A stretch of DNA of 64,000 nucleotides, from assembly GCA_964551875.1 (NCBI GenBank), contig CAZKEV010000001.1, positions 11,303-75,302 on the forward strand, written 5' to 3'. The position numbers and the translations under genes were made by a program. Source of the DNA: an uncultured Methanomicrobiales archaeon (GTDB taxonomy: Archaea > Halobacteriota > Methanomicrobia > Methanomicrobiales > JACTUA01). Positions 10,840 through 19,673 of this stretch are shown here, one piece after another (the first letter of the stretch is position 1; each line of letters starts with the position of its first letter). The notes beneath the pieces were generated by a model, which was given only the letters and a program-made list of their open reading frames with translations, did no database searches and was not told where the DNA came from.

Positions 10840-12225
10840 TCACGCGTTCGAGAAGGTCAGGATCACGCTCCCCGCGTACGCCCCGGCTGGCTGCGTCGAT
10901 GGAACCGAGAGCTTCGCATCGAGGTTCGTAATCCCTACCGGTGCGGTCGCTACCAGCACGTCGCTGCCGTCATCGCTGAGGGCCTCGAGTGCTCCTGTGA
11001 GACCCATCTCGAAGTTGTGAGCAGGGAGAACATTGGTACCCGAGATCAGCCCGAAGATACTGCCGATACTCTCGGCGAACCGGCCCTCGACCTTCGCCGG
11101 GTTGCATCCGGTATTATTGAGCACCACTGACGGGCTGATGGTCTTTGATTCGCCCCGTAGGATCGCGCCGAAGGTGCCGTTCGAGGCCTGGATCACCGTG
11201 TTCTGGCCGCACAACACCGTGGCGGTGTAGCCGACGCTGTTCGGTGTTGCCATTGTTTCTGGACCGATAAATAGACCCAATCCCATAGGACCGTTTCCAA
11301 CAGTAATCGTGTCTATAACGGCGTTTGTTGCCATATCGATTACAGAAACGGCGTTGTCGAACCGGTTCGTTACATACACCTTTGTTCCCGCCGGGTTCGC
11401 TGCAACGCCATAAGGACCGTTTCCAACAGTAATCGTGTCTGTAACAGCATTTGTTGCCGTATCGATTACAGAGACGGTGTCGCTGCCCGCGTTCGCCACG
11501 TAAACCTTCGTTCCCGCCGGGTTCACTGCAACGCCAGAAGGATCGGTTCCTACGGGCACGGTGGCTGTAACCGTGTTTGTGGCTGTGTCAATCACAGAGA
11601 CGGTGTTGCTCCAGTAGTTCGTCACATAAACCCTTGTTCCCGCCTGGTTCACTGCCACGCCATCAGGACCGGTTCCTACGGGCACGGTGGCTGTAACCGT
11701 GTTAGTGGCTGTGTCAATTACATAGATTTCGTTGCTATCAAGTCCCGCCACGTAAACCTTTATTCCCGCCGGGTTCACAGCAACTCCCGAAGGACCGTTA
11801 TTTCCTACGTCCACCGTGGCTGTAACCGTGTTAGTGGCTGTGTCGATTACATGGACCTGGTAGCCATTTTGGTTCGTCACGTAAACCCTTGTTCCCGCCG
11901 GATTCACAGCAACTCCATAAATGCCGCTCCCTGGTACATTCACAATGGCTGTAACAGCGTTTGTTGCTGTATCAATTACTGAAACGCTACTGTTGAAATA
12001 GTCCGCCACGTATACCCTTGTTCCCGCCGGGTTCACTGCAACTCCCTGAGGATTGGGTCCTACATTCACTGTGGCTGTTACCGTGTTAGTGGCTGTGTCA
12101 ATCACCGAGACAGTGTTGCTGCCAGAGTTCGTGATGTACGCAAAGGGTGCTGCGCCTGCGCTGCCTGCGAGCAGCACAAGGGCGAGCATGGTTATGACAA
12201 AACCTGTTCTTACATTGATGTTCAT
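10840..12225 (-). CDS. YVTN beta-propeller surface protein 3 with C-terminal Ig-like domain
   Basis: Same architecture; 5' end and upstream leader nearly identical in DNA to paralog 1. Confidence 0.9.
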   Translation of the reverse strand: MNINVRTGFVITMLALVLLAGSAGAAPFAYITNSGSNTVSVIDTATNTVTATVNVGPNPQGVAVNPAGTRVYVADYFNSSVSVIDTATNAVTAIVNVPGSGIYGVAVNPAGTRVYVTNQNGYQVHVIDTATNTVTATVDVGNNGPSGVAVNPAGIKVYVAGLDSNEIYVIDTATNTVTATVPVGTGPDGVAVNQAGTRVYVTNYWSNTVSVIDTATNTVTATVPVGTDPSGVAVNPAGTKVYVANAGSDTVSVIDTATNAVTDTITVGNGPYGVAANPAGTKVYVTNRFDNAVSVIDMATNAVIDTITVGNGPMGLGLFIGPETMATPNSVGYTATVLCGQNTVIQASNGTFGAILRGESKTISPSVVLNNTGCNPAKVEGRFAESIGSIFGLISGTNVLPAHNFEMGLTGALEALSDDGSDVLVATAPVGITNLDAKLSVPSTQPAGAYAGSVILTFSNA

Positions 12226-12514
12226 CCTTACTCACGCCTCCTCACCAGTTCAATTTACAGGACTCCCACTCATTGGGCATCCCTGTCCTGAAGAATCCCG
12301 AATGCTGAATTTAAAAATGTGACTTGATCAATAGAATACTGAATGGAAACGGATCGATTCAGGACAAGCAATAGTAATAGTTGTTCTTTATAAGACTTAT
12401 GAAATGAGATTTGAATCTTCATAGAGAGCTAATAATCCTATTCAATTGATTCGTTCGCCTACCATTATTTTCATGGAAATTTCATCTCACTCAGGAAAAA
12501 ATAAAATCCATCTC

Positions 12515-12773
12515 TTACGTATTCGAGAAGGTCAGGATCACGCTTCCCGCGTAGGCCCCCGGGGGTTGCGTTGCTGGCACGGTGAGCTTCGCGTCGAGGT
12601 TCGTAATCCCTACCAATGCCGTCGCCACCTGCACGTCGGTACCGTCATCGCTTAGAGCTATAAGGGTTCCGGTCGGCCCCAGCTCGAGGTTGCTCGCCGG
12701 GAGCACGTTCGTCCCCCGAGATCAGCCCGAAAAGTCCGCCGATGTTGCCTGCGAACCGGGCCTCCCCCACCTT
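12515..12773 (-). pseudogene. Remnant of a fourth YVTN-type gene (C-terminal domain only, frameshifted)
   Basis: Manual translation: [20 protein letters not shown], then a 1-nt insertion in the C5 run at 12713-12717, then TNVLPASNLELGPTG...[14 protein letters not shown]. No propeller or start codon; downstream DNA matches the 3' flank of paralog 3. Confidence 0.85.
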
Positions 12774-12801
12774 TCTCCATCAGGAGATGGAGACCAGAGC
12801 A

Positions 12802-13338
12802 TTATCTCTTTCCATTCCTTCGCGCAATGCAGGAGGCCAGGAGAAGTCCTGCACAGGTTCCGAAAATCTCAAATCCCGGGAGAACAACCCTCTTCTGCTC
12901 TTCCCCTGCCAGCCCCTCGCCGGAGATCTCCGCACTACCCCTCGCTCTTACCACGATGCTGTAGTTGCCGATATACTGTTTCTCGCTTCTGGTCTTCACG
13001 TTCCAGATGACAGTCTTGAAATTTGTCCCCCCGAGAGTGCCAATCCTTTTCACGGGATCACTGTAGCTGAAGGCTCTCCGGCTGTGATTCACATCATTGT
13101 CCAGGTCAAGGAAGAACAATTCTGCCGAGACATTGAGTGCATTCTCGGTGCCGCGGTTGGAGAGGTTGGCGATGACAAGGAATTGGGATCCGAGGGAAGC
13201 CCTAGAGGGGGCATTGATATGAACCAGAAGATCTGCGGGGGCATATACATCAGCGGTGTACTGGACGTTCCCTGCAGATGCCCCAGGTGTGATGAGATAT
13301 ATCAGGAAGAGAACTGAGAGAAGAGGAAGTAACTCCAT
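12802..13338 (-). CDS. PGF-CTERM-sorted secreted protein with one Ig-like domain
   Basis: Signal peptide; C-terminal LPGFE + hydrophobic stretch + RRNGKR matches the archaeosortase PGF-CTERM pattern; several N-x-S/T sequons. Confidence 0.75.
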   Translation of the reverse strand: MELLPLLSVLFLIYLITPGASAGNVQYTADVYAPADLLVHINAPSRASLGSQFLVIANLSNRGTENALNVSAELFFLDLDNDVNHSRRAFSYSDPVKRIGTLGGTNFKTVIWNVKTRSEKQYIGNYSIVVRARGSAEISGEGLAGEEQKRVVLPGFEIFGTCAGLLLASCIARRNGKR

Positions 13339-13593
13339 CAGATATTCCTTAACATACTCCCCTTCATAAAGGCTTTGTGAACGTCATGACATGTGTCAGG
13401 AAAGAATTCCCGCCGAAAGGAATTCCGTGAAAAGATCAAATTTTCACTCCGGTTTCAAGAGCCGGCGAATAACTTCGTCATTCTCCTAGATGAGATGGAT
13501 AGATACGGAGGGATTGCTATGCAGGAACCCGTCGATCTCCTCCATCTTGCTTCATGGCCGATGGTGGCAAAAATTAGAAATTATCCGGATGAA

Positions 13594-13734
13594 TTAAATA
13601 CCCTTTGCCACCGCGTCGTTGCATCTGTCACAGAAGTATGCCCGGGCATCGCACTCCTTATCACCGCGGAAAATGCAGCCCCCGCGCTCGCTCCTATCCA
13701 GGTTCCTTCCGGATCTAGCGTGGTAGTTCCTTGA
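13594..13734 (-). pseudogene. Degenerate DUF333 domain fragment
   Basis: 13616-13734 aligns without gaps to 5928-6046 (86/119 nt by hand count). Reads GGCIFRGDKECDARAYFCDRCN versus GVCIFPGGKECDAWAYFRGECN; first Cys and start are missing. Confidence 0.75.
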
Positions 13735-13739
13735 TGTTT

Positions 13740-14708
13740 TCACGTGGTGAGCTCCCCGATAATACTCCAGGTGCTCTCCCTTGGCGGCCCTGTCTCGATC
13801 TTCGGAACTTCGCCGCCGAGAACACGGATGATCTCCCGGATGGCGGCACCGTGGGAGGGGCCATAACCCCCTTCGAGGACGAGGGCGAGGGGCAGGCCTC
13901 CGGCCCTCATGAGCCGCCAGGTGAGGAGGCCGAGGTCGCCGGGGCACAATTCCATCCCCCCGAAGGGATCGTCAAAGAGGATATCCTGCCCTGCGGAGAT
14001 AAGGAGCAATCCGGGGCGGAATGTGCGGATGGCCGGGACGAAGACCTCCCTGAAGACTGCATCGTAATCTGCGATGGTCGATCCGGCTTCAATAGGGGCA
14101 TTCAGGGTGAACCCCTCACCTGCGCCGGATCCCCGTTCATCTGTCCTTCCAGAGTAGGGATAATAATAGCCCCGGTGCACGGAGCAGTAGAGGACCCGGT
14201 CGGACGCATAGAATGCCTGCTGGGTTCCGTTCCCATGGTGCACATCCCAGTCCACGATGGCAACACGCTCGACCTCCCCGAGGGCCCGGGCCGCAGCGAT
14301 CGCCACGTTGTTGAGAAGGCAGAACCCCATCGCATGATCTTTCTCTGCATGGTGTCCCGGAGGCCTGACGAGCGCGAAACAGTGCTCGCCGGAGAGAGCC
14401 CTCTCCGCGGCCCCCATGGCGCTACCGGCGGCATAGAGTGCCACGTCGAATGAGGAACGGGTGATGTAGGTGTCCGGATCCAGCATGGTGAAGGTCCGGG
14501 TGCGGGCGCATGCATCTTCGAGCTCACTCACGTACCCGGGGCTGTGAATCCTCTCCACGTCCTCGCGCAGGGCTTTCACCGGCTGGTGGCGCCTGATATC
14601 CCGGGGGACCCCGGAGAGGGCTCCGGCGAGGCGGGCATTGCTCTCGGGGTGGTGGGGCATATCATGGGCCGAGAAGAGATCGGCCGTGATGACCGAGCAG
14701 CCTGGCAT
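13740..14708 (-). CDS. Histone deacetylase/AcuC-family protein
   Basis: HHPESNARL, RPPGHHA, GFCLLNN, DWDVHHGNGTQ, SAGQD, LEGGY. Confidence 0.93.
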   Translation of the reverse strand: MPGCSVITADLFSAHDMPHHPESNARLAGALSGVPRDIRRHQPVKALREDVERIHSPGYVSELEDACARTRTFTMLDPDTYITRSSFDVALYAAGSAMGAAERALSGEHCFALVRPPGHHAEKDHAMGFCLLNNVAIAAARALGEVERVAIVDWDVHHGNGTQQAFYASDRVLYCSVHRGYYYPYSGRTDERGSGAGEGFTLNAPIEAGSTIADYDAVFREVFVPAIRTFRPGLLLISAGQDILFDDPFGGMELCPGDLGLLTWRLMRAGGLPLALVLEGGYGPSHGAAIREIIRVLGGEVPKIETGPPRESTWSIIGELTT

Positions 14709-14756
14709 CCTTACCCCTTCCAGTCCCTCACAAATGGGCCCCTCTCACAGATCGAG

Positions 14757-15368
14757 TCACCGGATCGGGAGGCGGATGATCATCTTCATCTTCTCCGGGC
14801 TCAGGGTCCTCGGGTCTGAGATGTAGATCTCATGGTGCCTGCCCCTGATCTGGTAGCCTTTCCTCTCGATGAAGGCCCGTAGTCGGTTGATGGTGGTCCA
14901 TTTCTCGGCTCTCGGCCCGTTGTGGAGGGTCTGGACCGAGAGCCCCTCGGTGAAGATCCCGTAGCGGACCTTCGAGATGCCGGGAAGGGACTTGTCCCGG
15001 TCCATGGCCCCGAGAGCCTCCCGGGCCAGGGCGCTCGTCACGTAATTCGGCTGGACCACCATGAGGATCCATCTCCATTCCTCCCGGTTATCGGGGGTAT
15101 AATCGCCTGTGCCCCTCCCCCACCAGAGGCATTCGAGGGGCATCACGGCGTACTCGAACCCGATGCGGGTCCTCGCAATGGCGGCTTTCATCGCCTGGGA
15201 GAGGGCGAAGAGGCCTTCGATGCCGTTCCGGAACTCGTCGAAATTGCTCCCCTGGCAGGACCCGTCCACCATCAGGAACTTCATCGCCGGCACATCCACC
15301 TCGTCTATCCTCCGGGTGGTTGCACGGTAGAGCCTGTTGAACTCCTTCATCGAGTCCTGCGATTCCAT
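14757..15368 (-). CDS. GyrI-like small-molecule-binding protein
   Basis: VMPLECLWW, WRWILMVVQP, QTLHNGP, HHEIYISDPR...MIIRLPI pattern. Confidence 0.85.
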   Translation of the reverse strand: MESQDSMKEFNRLYRATTRRIDEVDVPAMKFLMVDGSCQGSNFDEFRNGIEGLFALSQAMKAAIARTRIGFEYAVMPLECLWWGRGTGDYTPDNREEWRWILMVVQPNYVTSALAREALGAMDRDKSLPGISKVRYGIFTEGLSVQTLHNGPRAEKWTTINRLRAFIERKGYQIRGRHHEIYISDPRTLSPEKMKMIIRLPIR

Positions 15369-15420
15369 CCTACTCCTTACTATGAGTTATGAATCGCGAG
15401 AGATAAACAAACCGTTCGCC

Positions 15421-15545
15421 CGGTGTCCGGATCCCGTCTGCACCCCCTGGGCCCCGGATACCATGAGGCCCCCGGTTGCCCGGATCCCCTCTGCACCTCA
15501 CGGTGCCCGGATCTCCCCTCTCCAACCATCCTTCGCACGGATCCC
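15421..15545. repeat. Degenerate about 27-nt tandem repeats with a CCGGAT core
   Basis: CCGGAT at 15427, 15454, 15480 and 15507, ACGGAT at 15537; three units resemble CGGTG-CCGGATCCC-TCTGCACC. Lies between divergent genes. Confidence 0.55.
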
Positions 15546-15678
15546 ATAAGCAGTACTTGTGCAGATTCCCCCGGAATCCCTGTGCCTGGACGCGAGATCC
15601 TGCCAGGTCCGGGCCTGCCAGAGATTCCGGCCATGAGATGAACCTTGATATGGAAAGGAGACAGAACCGGATCAAAGG

Positions 15679-16398
15679 ATGCTTGTCTTTGCCCACCTGT
15701 GCATAGGCGCCATTGCGGGGCTCTTCCTCTCGCGGCTGACGGGGAACCGGGATATGGTGCTTGTCGGCATCTTCGGGAGTATCCTCCCTGACCTCGTAGA
15801 CAAGCCCCTGGAGATCCTCGGCCTCGGGGATATCCTTGGATACGAGGCTCTCTTTCTCCACACGTTGCTCGCACTCGCGATCCTCTGCATGGCAGGGCTC
15901 CTCGCGTACCGTTTTCTCAGCCCTCCGGTGCCGGCCGTGATGGCCGTGATTATCCTGATGGTCGGCCTCCACCAGGTGATGGACCTCGTGTGGATGAGCC
16001 CGGAGCAGTGGCTTTATCCCTTCTTCGGGCCCATCCCCCAGTCCTGCTCGTGCCTGACACCCTCCCTCGCTCCGGCAGGGGGCCTGGCCCTGGAGGTCCC
16101 CGTAGACTTCGTCGGGAGGGAGGTCGCGACCGAGCTCCTCTCTCCCTCGGAATGGGTCTTCTCCGGGGTACTCGCCCTCGTCCTCCTCGTCCCCCGGCTG
16201 GGGGAGAGGGCCATCCTCTGGGGTTCGGTCCTCCTTGCGGTCCTCGGCCTTGCGTCCCTCACCTCCCTCGCCGGCCTCCCGGTCCACCTCATTGCGGAGG
16301 GCGGAAGGGAGATGGAAGTCCTCCTCGTTCTTGTCTCCTGTGCAGGGGCTGCGGGCCTCTGGCTTTACGACCGCAGGGATCGGATGGGACACGAATAA
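15679..16398 (+). CDS. YdjM-like membrane-bound metal-dependent hydrolase
   Basis: N-terminal FAHL, GSILPDLVDKP, FLHTLL, LHQVMD motifs; multiple TM segments. Confidence 0.8.
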   Translation: MLVFAHLCIGAIAGLFLSRLTGNRDMVLVGIFGSILPDLVDKPLEILGLGDILGYEALFLHTLLALAILCMAGLLAYRFLSPPVPAVMAVIILMVGLHQVMDLVWMSPEQWLYPFFGPIPQSCSCLTPSLAPAGGLALEVPVDFVGREVATELLSPSEWVFSGVLALVLLVPRLGERAILWGSVLLAVLGLASLTSLAGLPVHLIAEGGREMEVLLVLVSCAGAAGLWLYDRRDRMGHE

Positions 16399-16669
16399 AC
16401 AAACCATCCCCCCCACCCCCCTGACTCACGGGCGAAGTCAGTATCCTCATATAGGGTGACGACGATATAACCGGGAGGATTCTTTCTGGGATTCGCCGCA
16501 GTGGCCGGATGCTCCGGTGTCCCCCTTCACCTCATTCCAGACGACTGGGCGAAACAGGACTCATGCTTGCCCTTATCTCTTTTGCGGGTTCCCCGGGGCT
16601 CTGGCTCTCCTGCAGGTGGGGAAAGGGAAGGGCCATGCCCAGGGAGAGAGGCTTCCCCCTTTGAGGATG

Positions 16670-17605
16670 TCAGGACGGGTGGTCCCTGAACCATTCCATG
16701 GTCTCACGAAGTCCGTCAACAAGGTGGACCCGGGGCCGGTAGCCCATCACGTCCCTGGCCCGGGAGATGTCGGCGACTGATTCCCGGATATCTCCCGGAC
16801 GGGGCTTCTCAAAGACCGGTTCGCGGGACATCCCTCCGATCTCCGTGATGACCCGTGCGAGATCTCTTACGGATACCCCGGCACCGGTTGCGATGTTGAA
16901 GGTGCCGACCGCGTCCCGCTGCATGGCAAGAATGTTCGCCCTGACGACATCCTGTACCGAGACAAAGTCCCGGATCTGGTTCCCGTCCCCGAATATTACT
17001 GGAGGCCTTCTCCTGAGGACATGCATGATGAAACTGGGGATAACCGCTGCGTACTCACCGCGGGGATCCTGGGCAGGGCCATAGACATTGAAGTAGCGGA
17101 GCGAGGCTGTCGGGAGTCCGTAAGAGCGCCGGTAAACCTCGCAGTAGTACTCTCCGGCGAGTTTCGAGGCAGCATAAGGGGAGAGGGGTTCGGGGAATGC
17201 ACTTTCCAGCTTCGGGGAGATTGGGCTGTCTCCATAGACAGCAGAAGAAGAAGAGAAAATTACTTTCTTCACCCCGGCCTCATGGGCAGAGGAGAGGACA
17301 GAGAGAGTCCCGGTAGCGTTCACTTCATGAACCTCCAGGGGACGTTCCATGGAACGGCTCACAGAGACATCTGCGGCAAGATGGAAGATGCAGTCGACCC
17401 CCCTGCAAAGGTCGAGAAGAAGGTTCCTGTGGAGGATGCTCCCGCGGGCGAACTGCGCCTTCCCATGGTCAAGGAGGTCCTGGATGCGCCCTGTCTGCCC
17501 TGAGGAGAGATCGTCGAGCACGGTCACCTCGCCGAGGTTCGCGAGCTCCCGCGCCAGGTGCGAACCGATGAACCCCGCCCCGCCGGTCACAAGGAAATTC
17601 ATCAT
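16670..17605 (-). CDS. NAD-dependent epimerase/dehydratase (extended SDR, UDP-sugar 4-epimerase-like)
   Basis: TGGAGFIGS, FSSSSAVYG, YAASK, LRYFNVYGP, RDFVSV. Confidence 0.92.
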   Translation of the reverse strand: MMNFLVTGGAGFIGSHLARELANLGEVTVLDDLSSGQTGRIQDLLDHGKAQFARGSILHRNLLLDLCRGVDCIFHLAADVSVSRSMERPLEVHEVNATGTLSVLSSAHEAGVKKVIFSSSSAVYGDSPISPKLESAFPEPLSPYAASKLAGEYYCEVYRRSYGLPTASLRYFNVYGPAQDPRGEYAAVIPSFIMHVLRRRPPVIFGDGNQIRDFVSVQDVVRANILAMQRDAVGTFNIATGAGVSVRDLARVITEIGGMSREPVFEKPRPGDIRESVADISRARDVMGYRPRVHLVDGLRETMEWFRDHPS

Positions 17606-17685
17606 CCCATCTCCTTGTCTCCCGTCTCCATGGTACGGGAATGGATTAGACTCTCAAAAGAACCTTTCTCTCCGATTCTCTTTCT

Positions 17686-18600
17686 TCAGCACCCTTTCTC
17701 AGGATCCCCGTGGATGAGCCTGGGATCATCGTGGGCGATCCCGAGAGCCTGGAGGGCACTCTTCTCCTTGTCCTTGATCTCGAGCATGATATCCATGTCA
17801 TACGGCCTGGACTCAAGGAGGAACCTCCGGAAGAGCAGGGCATCAAGGCTTGTTGCATGGGTTCCCCTTCTCTTCCCAATCTCCTGGGAGCTGTAATCCA
17901 CAATGGGAATGCCATCGGCTCTTTTCCATGTCCCGGCGGCTGCGGCGAGTGCCTGGGGAAGGGGTTCACCACGGTTGTTCAGTTCATGGTGGAACACATC
18001 GAAGATGACAGGGAGGCCGGTCTCTCCATGGATGCGGAGGCAGTCGGCAAGGGGAAATCGCAGGTCATCGTTCTCGATGGCGAGCCGCCGCAGGATAGCC
18101 TCGTCCAGCCCAACTGCCCTTTCGATGAATCGCCGGATGCTTGCCTCACGATCCCTGTACACCCCTCCGACATGAATCTGGACCTTTGCAGTGGTATCGA
18201 GATTCATGAGATCCAGCACCTCGGCGTGGTAGCGGAGCTCGGCGATGGATCTCCCGACGATGGTCCCCTCCGTTGCGTTGATGAGGATGAACTGGTCGGG
18301 GTGCATGGAGACACGGATCCCCGAATCCCTGATGAACTTCCCGATCTCCCTGAACTGCTCCAGGAACCGATCCTGCCACGGGATATCTATGACCGGATGG
18401 GATGCGAAGGGAACGAGGTCCGAGGTGATGCGGAAGAAGAGAATGCCATGGTCGCGGTTGAAAGAAAGGATCTTCTGGAGACATGCCAGGTTCCCGGCCA
18501 CGGTCGCCATGAGCCGTTCCCCGCTGTAGGAGGCGAGCCGGAAGGTATGATTTGCGGTGCACCCGATGGACCGGTTGATGCACGGGTACCCTATCCTCAC
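17686..18600 (-). CDS. uvsE: UV DNA damage repair endonuclease
   Basis: RIGYPC start region (GTG 18600 taken as start), FRITSDLVPFASH, SMHPDQF, IHVGG, IENDD, FDVFHH, IMLEIKDKE. Confidence 0.93.
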   Translation of the reverse strand: MRIGYPCINRSIGCTANHTFRLASYSGERLMATVAGNLACLQKILSFNRDHGILFFRITSDLVPFASHPVIDIPWQDRFLEQFREIGKFIRDSGIRVSMHPDQFILINATEGTIVGRSIAELRYHAEVLDLMNLDTTAKVQIHVGGVYRDREASIRRFIERAVGLDEAILRRLAIENDDLRFPLADCLRIHGETGLPVIFDVFHHELNNRGEPLPQALAAAAGTWKRADGIPIVDYSSQEIGKRRGTHATSLDALLFRRFLLESRPYDMDIMLEIKDKEKSALQALGIAHDDPRLIHGDPEKGC

Positions 18601-18622
18601 CTGCTTACCCCCGCGAGGGTGG

Positions 18623-19510
18623 CTAGCATCGAATCCTTCCCCCGGCCCGTTCGATAAACCCATCCCTTTCCAATCCTTTGAGGATCCGCTCAAGCCGCCC
18701 GGGTTCGACGGGTACCAGGCCTCTTAACTCCTCTTCGCGGGCCCCGCCTCCAGAAAGGAGATGGCGGAGGATGATCCCCCTCACCTGCCGATCCGATCCC
18801 TCGAACGGGCTCTGCCTCGAGTAGGAGGCGCTCCTTGTGTTCGGGTTCCCGGCCCCTTTCTTCAAGAGCGACCCATAATCCATCATAGCGTAATAGAACT
18901 CCCGTGGTCTCTTCTTCATCAGCGTCTTCTCGAGGATCGGTTCGATCTCCCTGTCCTGAACCTTTTCGGCATCCGGGAAGAAGAGATGGATGAATACCCG
19001 CCGGATGTTCGTCTCGATGAAGATCTCGGGCCGGTTCGTTGAGAATACCACGATTGCCCCCGCGGTCGCGCTCCCGATACCGGGGAAAGGGTCGAGGATG
19101 GTCCGGTCGAGCGGGATCGATCCCTGGTACTCGTCCCTGACCCTCCGGGCCGTCTCGTGCAGGGCAAGGGCCCGCCGGTTATAGCCGAGGCCCTGCCAGG
19201 CACGGAGCACCTCGTGTCTCGGGGCACGGGCGAGTGCCTCGATGTCGGGGAAGCATCCGAGGAATTCCGGATACTTCGTGAGTACCCGCTCCACCCGGGT
19301 CTGCTGGAGCATGAACTCCGAGACAAGGATATGGTAAGGATCGGCGGTTCTTCTCCAGGGGAGATCCCTGCCACAGGAGGCGTAAAAGAGCCTAAGGAAC
19401 CTCTGGAAGGAACTGACAAGTCCAATGGTGAGACCTCCGCTCCTGGAACGGGCCCTGATGGAGTCCTCCATGGCGGATAATTCCCTCTGGATATCCCTCT
19501 CCTGATCCAT
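18623..19510 (-). CDS. MutY-like HhH-GPD DNA glycosylase lacking the 4Fe-4S motif
   Basis: RDLPWR, VSEFMLQQTRV, WQGLGYNRRA, HhH FPGIGSATA, IETNIRRV. No Cys cluster; short winged-helix-like tail. Start taken at ATG 19510. Confidence 0.85.
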   Translation of the reverse strand: MDQERDIQRELSAMEDSIRARSRSGGLTIGLVSSFQRFLRLFYASCGRDLPWRRTADPYHILVSEFMLQQTRVERVLTKYPEFLGCFPDIEALARAPRHEVLRAWQGLGYNRRALALHETARRVRDEYQGSIPLDRTILDPFPGIGSATAGAIVVFSTNRPEIFIETNIRRVFIHLFFPDAEKVQDREIEPILEKTLMKKRPREFYYAMMDYGSLLKKGAGNPNTRSASYSRQSPFEGSDRQVRGIILRHLLSGGGAREEELRGLVPVEPGRLERILKGLERDGFIERAGGRIRC

Positions 19511-19673
19511 CACTGTCTCACAGCATGGGAACCTTATGGGATAAATAAGGGGGCAGCGACCCATCCGGTCTGCGCTATTCTTCCCCTCGAAGGAGTTCCA
19601 GGAATATGCAGGGAATCAGCTCGGGATCCCTTGGTGACGCATCAGAACCTTTAAGAAAAGGGATGCGGTATTC

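Noticed and set aside
7965-12225. Diversity-generating retroelement acting on the YVTN genes
   Set aside because: No reverse transcriptase and no template/variable repeat pair differing only at adenines was seen; the variation fits ordinary repeat divergence.
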